This document shows, piece by piece, positions 25,159-32,679 of a stretch of DNA of 43,847 nucleotides. The stretch is from an uncultured Candidatus Peribacteria bacterium. GTDB taxonomy: Bacteria; Patescibacteriota; Gracilibacteria; Peribacterales; Peribacteraceae. The DNA is taken from assembly GCA_964439155.1 (NCBI GenBank), contig CAYTNJ010000002.1, forward strand, positions 1 through 43,847. The letters run 5' to 3'. Within the stretch, counting starts at the first letter, position 1. Each line of letters starts with the position of its first letter. A model generated the notes under the pieces. That model had not been told where the DNA came from. It worked only from the letters and a program-made list of their open reading frames with translations, and did not search any database. The position numbers and the translations under genes were made by a program.

Positions 25159-25478
25159 TGTTTATTTTCGCAATAAACATTCTGTAAGCTGAAAAGCTGA
25201 ACGATTTCAAAACCTTTAGCCCCGTTTCAATTTGTTTATAAAATTTATACACGCGTGCGCTACCCCGCCGTGCAGGCGCGCCTGCGCATGTGCGCGTATG
25301 CATGCGCGAGCGCGCGCGTGCGCACATACGTGTCATATATATATATAAACAATAAACATTTTATTATTATTAGAGCGAAGGTGCTGAAAAATATAGATAA
25401 AATTTGTTTATTCGTTTGTTTATTGTCTGTAAACATTTAGCCTATCCCCCTGATTTATAACGATACCCCAAATAAACA
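25159..25478. repeat. Iteron field: at least 8 copies of TGTTTAT(T) / (A)ATAAACA in both orientations (origin or operator array candidate)
   Basis: Copies read at 25159-66, 25172-79 (inverted pair), 25233-39, 25345-51, 25352-58, 25405-12, 25417-24 (12-bp tandem) and 25471-78. A degenerate TGTAAACA lies at 25428-35. The noncoding DNA between the divergent arms is AT-rich. Confidence 0.7.
25246..25347. other. Alternating purine-pyrimidine (Z-DNA-prone) tract
   Basis: Hand-checked uninterrupted RY runs: 25246-25260 (15 nt), 25283-25308 (26), 25311-25333 (23) and 25334-25347 (14, the TA repeat). The tract is rich in CG/CA/TG steps. Confidence 0.75.
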
Positions 25479-25579
25479 CGCGCCCCCTATGCGACCGTCA
25501 AGGGGGGTGTTATGCTAGGAAATAGGGGCGATGTTCCACGTGAAACGCCTCTGCTTCCGCTTAAAAAAGGGGTCCCGCC

Positions 25580-25720
25580 ATGATCTATCCCAAGTATTGC
25601 GCCACGCGCACCCGTTCCCTGCCGCGCATCAAGACGTTTTGCGCGCGCGCCATTCTCGCCATAATCCTGATCGCCGTCGTGGCTGCGTTGCTCACGGCCT
25701 GCGATAGCGGGGTGGTGTGA
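25580..25720 (+). CDS. 46-aa lipoprotein-like micro-ORF (not in track)
   Basis: Hand translation gives MIYPKYCATRTRSLPRIKTFCARAILAIILIAVVAALLTACDSGVV, with a basic n-region, h-region and LLTAC lipobox. TGATG coupling to the next ORF. Confidence 0.45.
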   Translation: MIYPKYCATRTRSLPRIKTFCARAILAIILIAVVAALLTACDSGVV

Positions 25721-25830
25721 TGGGCAAGGGTTTGAAAACGGCCGTCGGCATCCTCGCCCTGCTGGGTATCGCCGCGCTGGTCATGGTCGGCCTGTTCAAG
25801 GTCGGGTCTTACATCATGGGCGCAAGCTGA
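25720..25830 (+). CDS. 36-aa single-TMD micro-ORF (not in track)
   Basis: MGKGLKTAVGILALLGIAALVMVGLFKVGSYIMGAS. TGATG overlaps with both neighbours. Confidence 0.45.
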   Translation: MGKGLKTAVGILALLGIAALVMVGLFKVGSYIMGAS

Positions 25831-26225
25831 TGGGCCGCCATATTGCCCCGTTCGGCGCGCTGGCCCACTTCCTGTCGAAGATAACGGGTTGTGCGGATAC
25901 CCCGGCAAAATCGGGGCCTATTTCCGCACAACGCACGTTTTACGCGTCGGGCGGCTTTATCCATGACCGCCCGCTGCCTGCGCCTGTGCTGATGGAACGC
26001 GAGACCACCGTTCCGCGCGCTGTGTGGGATAAGGTCACACGAAACGTGCTGCCAGATGGGCGGGAACTAGACGAGCGTTACCTTGAAATCGTTAAGCGAT
26101 TCACGCCCCAAGACGCACGCGAGTTCGAGGCCCTTTACATGGGGACGTGGGAACCACACGACGAACGCTGCACCTGCCGGGGCTGCGAAATGTACCGACG
26201 CAAAATAGAGGACCGCCAGCCATGA
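25830..26225 (+). CDS. Hypothetical protein (131 aa)
   Basis: Third member of the coupled chain. C-terminal CTCRGCEMY. Confidence 0.6.
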   Translation: MGRHIAPFGALAHFLSKITGCADTPAKSGPISAQRTFYASGGFIHDRPLPAPVLMERETTVPRAVWDKVTRNVLPDGRELDERYLEIVKRFTPQDAREFEALYMGTWEPHDERCTCRGCEMYRRKIEDRQP

Positions 26226-27481
26226 CCATCACGCGCGAAAACGCCGTGCGCACACCTGCGCAGCTGAAAGGCTACGAGAAGAACGCCCGCACCCACTCCA
26301 AAGACCAGGTGGCGCAGATCGTCGCCAGCATCCGCGAGTTCGGGTTCACCAACCCCCTGCTGATAGACGAGCATGACACCATCATCGCGGGCCACGGCCG
26401 CCTCGAGGCCGCCAAGATCCTCGCGCTGGGTGATATCCCCTGCGTCGTCCTGACCGGCCTGACCGACCTGCAGAAAAAGGCCCTCGTCCTCGCGGATAAC
26501 CAGCTTGCCCTGAACGCTGGCTGGGATATGAAACTGCTCACCACCGAGATCGACGCGCTGAAAAAAGGCAACTTCAACGTATCGCTGCTCGGCTTCTCCG
26601 ACCTGCAAATCGGGAAGATGTTCCCGCGCGGCGCGGCCGTCGGGGAGAACGATATCCCTGCCGAGGCGCCTGCGCTCTCCGTGCCGGGCGATATGTGGCT
26701 ATGCGGCCTGCATCGCGTGCGCTGCGGTGACTCGACGGATGCTGCGGCCGTCGGGGAGCTGTTCGGTACCGTGAAGCCGCACCTCATGGTCACCGATCCG
26801 CCCTATGGCGTGAACTATGACCCCAGCTGGCGCGACGGTCACGACGACGCAAAGAACCGCCGCACCGGCAAGGTCAAGAACGACGACCGCGCGGACTGGC
26901 GCGAAGCGTGGGCGCTCTTCCCCGGCAACATCGCCTATGTATGGCACGGCGGCCTTCACTCCGCGACCGTGCAGCTGTCCCTCGAGGCGTGCGAGTTCAA
27001 GATGCGCGCGCAAATTATCTGGAAGAAAAACCAGATGGTGTTCGGGCGCGGCGACTATCATTGGGAGCACGAGCCCTGCTGGTACGCTGTGAAAGGCACA
27101 GGCAATTGGCAAGGCGACCGGTCGCAAACGACCGTCTGGGAATTCGACAACCTGAACAAGGCGAATAATCAGGCGAAGGACAACGCGCGCACCAACCACG
27201 GCACGCAGAAACCCGTCGAAGCAATGCGCCGGCCGATAATGAATAACTCGAGCGAGGGCCAAGCGGTCTATGATCCATTCCTCGGCTCTGGTACCACGAT
27301 GATTGCGGCCGAAACGACGGGCCGCGCCTGCTATGGCATGGAGCTCGACCCGGTCTATGTCGATGTGATCGTGCGCCGCTGGCAGGCTTTCACCGGCCGC
27401 GATGCCGTGCATGCTGTGACAGGGGAGCGTTTCAATGATCGAGGATCCAAAGACACCGTCGCTGCAACTGCCACCTCCTGA
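26222..27481 (+). CDS. ParB-like nuclease domain fused to an N6A/N4C DNA methyltransferase
   Basis: The N-terminus NARTHSKDQVAQIVASIREFGFTNPLLID...IIAGHGRLEAA is ParB-like. It is followed by TDPPYG (motif IV) and VYDPFLGSGTT (motif I), a beta-class order. ATGA overlap upstream. Confidence 0.85.
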   Translation: MTITRENAVRTPAQLKGYEKNARTHSKDQVAQIVASIREFGFTNPLLIDEHDTIIAGHGRLEAAKILALGDIPCVVLTGLTDLQKKALVLADNQLALNAGWDMKLLTTEIDALKKGNFNVSLLGFSDLQIGKMFPRGAAVGENDIPAEAPALSVPGDMWLCGLHRVRCGDSTDAAAVGELFGTVKPHLMVTDPPYGVNYDPSWRDGHDDAKNRRTGKVKNDDRADWREAWALFPGNIAYVWHGGLHSATVQLSLEACEFKMRAQIIWKKNQMVFGRGDYHWEHEPCWYAVKGTGNWQGDRSQTTVWEFDNLNKANNQAKDNARTNHGTQKPVEAMRRPIMNNSSEGQAVYDPFLGSGTTMIAAETTGRACYGMELDPVYVDVIVRRWQAFTGRDAVHAVTGERFNDRGSKDTVAATATS

Positions 27482-27896
27482 CCAGGAGGAAGAGGACGAC
27501 GAGGTAAAGCAGGGGCAGCAGCCCCACGTTCCCACCGACTCCACGCGCACCATCGTCAAGGTCCTCGCAGGCATGGGCGCGATGCACGAACGTATCGCGG
27601 GTGCTATCGGCATCAGCGACAAGACCATGCGCAAATACTATCGCGACGAGCTCGACCACGGCAAAACCCAGATCGATGCCGAGGTGTTCGGCGCGCTGAT
27701 GCGCAATATTCAGAAGGGCAACCCCGCGAGCATTATCTTCTATCTCAAGGCGCGTTGCGGCTGGAAGGACACGCCCGATATCGCGCCCGACTCCCTGCCG
27801 CCCGTTATCTTCAACATCAGCTTCGCGCCTGCACCCGAGGGTCAGGTACCGGACGCGCCTGTGATCGACCATGAACCTACACCCGATAAAGGTTGA
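27435..27896 (+). CDS. terS: Terminase small subunit
   Basis: HTH-like IAGAIGISDKTMRKYY and IIFYLKARCGWKD, typical of small terminases. Immediately upstream of TerL. Confidence 0.75.
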   Translation: MIEDPKTPSLQLPPPDQEEEDDEVKQGQQPHVPTDSTRTIVKVLAGMGAMHERIAGAIGISDKTMRKYYRDELDHGKTQIDAEVFGALMRNIQKGNPASIIFYLKARCGWKDTPDIAPDSLPPVIFNISFAPAPEGQVPDAPVIDHEPTPDKG

Positions 27897-29175
27897 CGGC
27901 CTGATGCCACACTATGCGGGTCGGCTGATGAAGCCTTCCCGCTATAAACTGCTGTGGGGCGGCCGTGGCGGCACGAAGTCTTGGACCTTCTCCGACATGG
28001 CGATCATGAAGGCGATGGAGAAGCGCCGCCGCATCCTCTGCACGCGCGAGCTCCAGTCTTCTATCGCTGACTCCGTCCACCAGTTGCTGCAGACGCAGAT
28101 CACGCGGCTGGGCGTGGCCCAATGGTTCGAGGTCACCGAGCGCGAGATCCGCTGTCGCAACGGCTCCGACTTCATCTTCAAAGGCATGCGGCACAACCCC
28201 GTCGAGATCAAATCGCTCGAGGACGTGGACATAGCGTGGATCGAGGAGGCGGAGAAAACGCGCGAAAAGTCGTGGGAGATCCTGATCCCCACCATCCGTA
28301 AAGAGGGCTCGGAGATCTGGGTATCGATGAACCCCGACCTCGCGACCGACCCGTCATACAAGCGGTTCCTGCTGCAAACGCCGCCCGATATGATCAAGAT
28401 TTACACCTCCTATTTCGACAACCCGTTCCTGCCGAAGCCCCTGCGCGACGAAATGGAATACTTAAAGCGCGTCGATTATGAGGCGTATCAGCACATCTGG
28501 TTGGGCCATTGCCGCAGCCACTCCGACGCGCAGGTGCTGGGCAAGAAATACGTCGTGGACATTTTCCTGCCCCTGCCGGGCGACCCGACGCTGCTGCAGG
28601 ACCCTGCGAAGACCTACATCGACGGCGTGGAGGCGCACGGTCCCTACTTCGGGCTCGACTTCGGTTTCGCGGCCGATCCTTCCGCGCTGGTCAAGAAGTG
28701 GGTGGCGGGCAATAACCTTTACATCGAATATGAAATGTACCGGGTGAAGCTCGAGACGAACGAGATGCCCGCCGAGATCAAAAAGATCCCCGGCGCGGAC
28801 AAGCACCTGATCACCGCGGACTCCGCGCGACCGGAGACCATTTCATACTTGAATAAGCAGGGGAATTTGAACGTCGTCGGGTGCGACAAGTGGAGTGGTT
28901 CGGTCGAGGACGGGATCGCCTTCCTCCGGTCGTTCGAAAAAATAGTAATTCACGAACGGTGCAAAAATGCGATAATGGAGGCGAGGCTCTACAGCTACAA
29001 GACGGATAAGTTGACGGGTGACGTGCTCCCCGATATCGTGGACAAGCACAATCACATCTGGGACGCTGTCCGTTACGGCATCGGGAAGTTGATCAAACGC
29101 TCGGGTGCTGGTATGGGGTTATTTCAAGTCATGGCAGCGCGCGCTGCGGAAAAAGCAAAGGAACAAAACAAATGA
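27871..29175 (+). CDS. terL: Terminase large subunit (PBSX/Terminase_3-like)
   Basis: Walker A WGGRGGTKSW, Walker B-like DIAWIEEAE and a C-terminal nuclease region ending IWDAVRYG. The start could alternatively be ATG 27904. Confidence 0.9.
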   Translation: MNLHPIKVDGLMPHYAGRLMKPSRYKLLWGGRGGTKSWTFSDMAIMKAMEKRRRILCTRELQSSIADSVHQLLQTQITRLGVAQWFEVTEREIRCRNGSDFIFKGMRHNPVEIKSLEDVDIAWIEEAEKTREKSWEILIPTIRKEGSEIWVSMNPDLATDPSYKRFLLQTPPDMIKIYTSYFDNPFLPKPLRDEMEYLKRVDYEAYQHIWLGHCRSHSDAQVLGKKYVVDIFLPLPGDPTLLQDPAKTYIDGVEAHGPYFGLDFGFAADPSALVKKWVAGNNLYIEYEMYRVKLETNEMPAEIKKIPGADKHLITADSARPETISYLNKQGNLNVVGCDKWSGSVEDGIAFLRSFEKIVIHERCKNAIMEARLYSYKTDKLTGDVLPDIVDKHNHIWDAVRYGIGKLIKRSGAGMGLFQVMAARAAEKAKEQNK

Positions 29176-29822
29176 CGTCCACTCTCAAAGCCACAGCTTT
29201 CCAGCAGTTCATCGCCCAAAGCGGCAACGATTACACCGCCAACGCACAGGGCATCATCACTTCCGTCGCGCCCACCGACGTGGCCGACCTGCTCAACGCA
29301 GGCTGCACGTTCCTCGGGTCCTCGATGGCCGCCTTCCAGCTTAACCTGCTCGACGTGAAGCTGCCCACCGGCCTGCAGCTGGCCGTTGCCGCTGCTGCTG
29401 GCGTGTTCGGCGTTGCAATGACCGCTGGCACGTCGCTGATTCTGAACGGCGAAGTCGCGCAAAACAACACCAAGACCGACGTCGGCGTTATCAACTTCCG
29501 CCTGCCCGACAGCTATCAGGCTGGCGAAGACCTGACCGTGACGCTGAATGCAAACATCGTGATCGGCTCCGGTACCGCAGGCACAAAGACCATCGACCTC
29601 TCGGCTTATGAGGTCGCTGCCGGTGCTGCAGGCGCGGATCTCGTCACCACCGCCGCGCAAAACCTAACCAACTCCGCTGCAGACTATGCCTTCACCGTGA
29701 CAGGCGACAGCCTCTTGCCGGGCGATTTGGTGCAGCTGAAATTCACCGTCGCGCTGCAAGAAACCGTCAACTCTCCGATCAACGCGAAGATCAGCAGCAT
29801 CACCGTCGCGCAAGCGGCATAA
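29172..29822 (+). CDS. Hypothetical protein (216 aa) between TerL and portal
   Basis: ATGA overlap with the TerL stop. Ala/Thr/Gly-rich sequence that looks beta-rich. No family recognised. Confidence 0.65.
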   Translation: MTSTLKATAFQQFIAQSGNDYTANAQGIITSVAPTDVADLLNAGCTFLGSSMAAFQLNLLDVKLPTGLQLAVAAAAGVFGVAMTAGTSLILNGEVAQNNTKTDVGVINFRLPDSYQAGEDLTVTLNANIVIGSGTAGTKTIDLSAYEVAAGAAGADLVTTAAQNLTNSAADYAFTVTGDSLLPGDLVQLKFTVALQETVNSPINAKISSITVAQAA

Positions 29823-29883
29823 ACGATACCAAAGCGAAAGGCGCGCCTCCGGTCGGTAATAGGGTCGGAAAAGCAAAGTCAGA

Positions 29884-29906
29884 GGGTGGGGGTACGCTCC
29901 CCACCC
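29884..29906 (+). other. Perfect 8-bp GC hairpin GGGTGGGG-gtacgct-CCCCACCC without a U-tract
   Basis: Read directly in the 110-nt spacer, 27 nt upstream of the next ATG. It may be an RNA stabiliser, a processing site or a weak terminator. Confidence 0.45.
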
Positions 29907-29932
29907 GCCCTTAACCCTCTAGGAGTTCCGCT

Positions 29933-30928
29933 ATGAAAATCATGCGCTGCCCACCGGCCACCGAGGTTATCCTTGGCGACGGTACCGTTCTCAAGGCCAA
30001 CGAGCTCGGCCTGCTGCTCTGCACCAACCAGCAGATCGGACTGCTCCGCGCGCATGGCGTTGTGGCGGTCTTGAATCACAACAGCGACCGCGACCCCGAC
30101 GAGAACGATAACGGTAACGCGGGTTTCAGCGTCGGATCCATCTGGGTCAACCAGAAAGCCGACACCGCGTTCGTGCTGGTTCAATCGATGCCGGCCGATT
30201 GGAAGCCCATCGAGAACCTCGCGGCCGCATACGAGATTTTGAACTTGATTCCGCCCTGCCCGGCGGAAAGCGTCGGTGGCACACCTGCCGACGCGGGGAC
30301 GGGGGACGCGGAACCCTCGTCCCAACCCAATCCCGACGATGAATATCTGCTCGGCTCCAGCGTGCAGCCTGCGGAATTCAACGTTGACCCAGCCCTGAAC
30401 GAAGGCAACCCCATCGTGCAGCTTGGCACGGTCGTCGCTATCGCCCACACGCGCAGCGGCCTGAGCGCGAAGGACTGGAACGCCCTGCCCGAGGAAGATC
30501 GCGAGGCAGCTATCGCAGACGTGGTGGCGGATCTTCCCCCGCCTCCCGCGCCTGCGGTCGATAGCGAAATCAAAACAACGGAGACCGGTGCAGCCCCCGA
30601 AACGCACGCTGTTGATGCTGCGCAGACGGACCAGGTGAAGGCTTCCGAGCAGCAGGGTGGTGCGCCAGTTCCAGACCCTGCCGCGCAAACTGGCGAGGCG
30701 CCTCTTGCACCGGCCTCGACCGACGCGCCCCTCAAAGATCTCTCTCTCGAAGAGAGGGTTCTGAACGCGGGCCTCGAGCTGCGGCATGACGACGACGCGC
30801 ATTGGACCCAAGCGGGCCTGCCGAACGTCAACGTGCTCTCCGAAAAGGTCCACGCATCCTTGACCCGCGCATTCGTGACGCAGGTTCTGGGCGAGGACTT
30901 CGTGCGTAAAACCGAAACGAAGGAGTGA
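29933..30928 (+). CDS. Hypothetical protein (331 aa) with a Pro/Ala/Asp-rich disordered linker
   Basis: AGGAG RBS. Three folded-looking segments are separated by low-complexity linkers. Confidence 0.65.
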   Translation: MKIMRCPPATEVILGDGTVLKANELGLLLCTNQQIGLLRAHGVVAVLNHNSDRDPDENDNGNAGFSVGSIWVNQKADTAFVLVQSMPADWKPIENLAAAYEILNLIPPCPAESVGGTPADAGTGDAEPSSQPNPDDEYLLGSSVQPAEFNVDPALNEGNPIVQLGTVVAIAHTRSGLSAKDWNALPEEDREAAIADVVADLPPPPAPAVDSEIKTTETGAAPETHAVDAAQTDQVKASEQQGGAPVPDPAAQTGEAPLAPASTDAPLKDLSLEERVLNAGLELRHDDDAHWTQAGLPNVNVLSEKVHASLTRAFVTQVLGEDFVRKTETKE

Positions 30929-30931
30929 GCT

Positions 30932-31192
30932 ATGGCAACGATGCGCTGCAAACTTCGCCTTAATGGCGTGATCGAGAACAAGGACGATGCCGGTGTGAAG
31001 CACAGCGAGAAGCTGATCTTCAACGCGGTGTCGAAGAAGGAAGGTTATGCCGAGGACGGCCTTGACGAAAACAACACCTTCGCCAAGTGGTCGCCCTCCG
31101 CCGACTTCACGATCACCGTCCAAAACCCCGCGCTGTTCGGCAAGCTGGCCGCTGGCGAGGAATACTACGTTGACTTTACGAAGGCCGAATAA
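30932..31192 (+). CDS. Hypothetical small protein (86 aa)
   Basis: MATMRCKLRLNGV...FAKWSPSADFTITVQNPALFGKLAAGEEYYVDFTKAE resembles a small conserved phage family (recalled). Confidence 0.65.
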   Translation: MATMRCKLRLNGVIENKDDAGVKHSEKLIFNAVSKKEGYAEDGLDENNTFAKWSPSADFTITVQNPALFGKLAAGEEYYVDFTKAE

Positions 31193-31194
31193 GC

Positions 31195-32679
31195 ATGCCC
31201 CCCAAAGGCGGAAAAGAGACTGATGTAACGCCCGGCCTGATCGATAGGATCAAGTCGGGCGTTGCGTATATCATCAACGGCGCAACGGACACATGGATGG
31301 GTCCGAAACAGCCGCTTCCGCCGACGGCCCAGAGCGTTCAGGGCCGCCAGTACGACTATCAGGTCGGCCTCAACACCCAGTTCCAGCCCAAGGTTAATAG
31401 CGGCGTTTCGTTCGAAAGCCTGATCGGCCTCGCTAACACGTGCGATATCGTCCGCCTGCTGATCGAGGACCGCAAGGACCAGCTGGAGGCGATCTCTTGG
31501 CAGGTGCGCGAGAAGGGCGGCGAAGACAAAAAGGGCGAGAGCAAAAAAGACGATCCACGCATCAAGGCCATCGAGCAGTTCTTTCAACGCCCCGACCGCC
31601 GCCTTGACTGGAAACAATGGCTCCGCCAAATCGTAGAAGAAATGCTGGTGACGGATGCCGTCGCCATTTATCGCCGTCGCACGCGCGGCCTCGCGCCTTA
31701 TGCGATGGAGCAGATCGACGGCACGACCATCAGCGTCAAGGTCGGCCCCGACGGCCGCGTTCCCGAGGCTCCAGAGGTCGCGTATCAACAGATTTTGAAG
31801 GGCGTGCCTGCGGTTGATTATTCGGCCGACGAGCTGCTGTATTATCCGCGTAACCTGCGCATCCGCAACCTCTATGGGTACTCGCCGGTCGAGCAGATGA
31901 TCGTCACCATCAACATTGCGATCCGCCGGTCCTACCATCAGCTGCAATATTACACCGACGGCAACCTGCCCGACGCGCTAATCGGCACGCCGCAGGAATG
32001 GACCCCGCAGCAGGTCGAACAATTCCAAGCCTACTGGGACTCGCTCTATGCGGGCAATACGGCGCAGCGTCGTCACGGCGTGTTCGTGCCGGGCGATGCC
32101 AAGAATATCCACGAGGTGGTGCAGCCGCCCCTGAAGGACCTATACGACGAGTGGATCGCGCGCGTGGCGTGCTTCTGTTTCAAGGTATCTCCGCAGCCGT
32201 TCGTGGCGCAGGTGAACCGTGCGACGGCCGAAGTGGCGCAGGCATCGTCGCAGGAAAGCGGCCTCCTCTCCACCAAGCAGTACATCAAGGCGCTTATGGA
32301 CCGCCTGATCGAGGTCGATTTTCAAAGCCCCGATCTTGAATTCGTCTGGACCGAGGCCGAGGAACACGACCCCGTCGCTGAAAAGGACGTGCTCACCGCC
32401 TATGTCAAAGAGGCGATCCTGACCCGTAACGAAGTGCGCGAGCAGCTGGGCCGCGATCCCGACCCCAGCCCCAACGCCTCGCGCCTTGGCTTCACCACCG
32501 GCAGCGGTTTCGTTCCGCTGGAACTCACGCCCGAAGAGAAAGCAGAGCGCGCGCTTATGCTGATGGGACCGGAGGAAGAGGAAGAAGACCCCGAAGCCGA
32601 CGAAGGCACCGAGGACAAAAACGCAGCTGAGAAGCTGCAAAAAAAAAACCGCGCACGAGCATGGAAAGGCAGGTTGTAA
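31195..32679 (+). CDS. Portal protein
   Basis: 494 aa, positioned upstream of the MuF-like, protease and capsid genes. Acidic C-terminal tail. Confidence 0.85.
   Translation: MPPKGGKETDVTPGLIDRIKSGVAYIINGATDTWMGPKQPLPPTAQSVQGRQYDYQVGLNTQFQPKVNSGVSFESLIGLANTCDIVRLLIEDRKDQLEAISWQVREKGGEDKKGESKKDDPRIKAIEQFFQRPDRRLDWKQWLRQIVEEMLVTDAVAIYRRRTRGLAPYAMEQIDGTTISVKVGPDGRVPEAPEVAYQQILKGVPAVDYSADELLYYPRNLRIRNLYGYSPVEQMIVTINIAIRRSYHQLQYYTDGNLPDALIGTPQEWTPQQVEQFQAYWDSLYAGNTAQRRHGVFVPGDAKNIHEVVQPPLKDLYDEWIARVACFCFKVSPQPFVAQVNRATAEVAQASSQESGLLSTKQYIKALMDRLIEVDFQSPDLEFVWTEAEEHDPVAEKDVLTAYVKEAILTRNEVREQLGRDPDPSPNASRLGFTTGSGFVPLELTPEEKAERALMLMGPEEEEEDPEADEGTEDKNAAEKLQKKNRARAWKGRL

Noticed and set aside
25079-25440. 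ORFs 25079..25336 (-) and 25255..25440 (+) in the inter-arm region
   Set aside because: Both read through the alternating Pu/Py tract and the iterons, giving repetitive Arg/Cys/Ala or Ile/Asn/Lys strings. I treat the region as non-coding.
25159-25478. Possible CRISPR array, suggested by the repeated short motif
   Set aside because: The repeats are only 7-8 bp, occur in both orientations, are irregularly spaced and have no spacer-like unique segments of uniform length. No cas genes are present.
25531-25711. Alternative-frame ORF starting at ATG 25531 upstream of the late-arm micro-ORFs
   Set aside because: The translation is His/Arg-rich junk (MFHVKRLCFRLKKGSRHDLSQVLRHAHPFP...). The overlapping frame, with a signal-peptide-like product and coupling to downstream ORFs, is more plausible.
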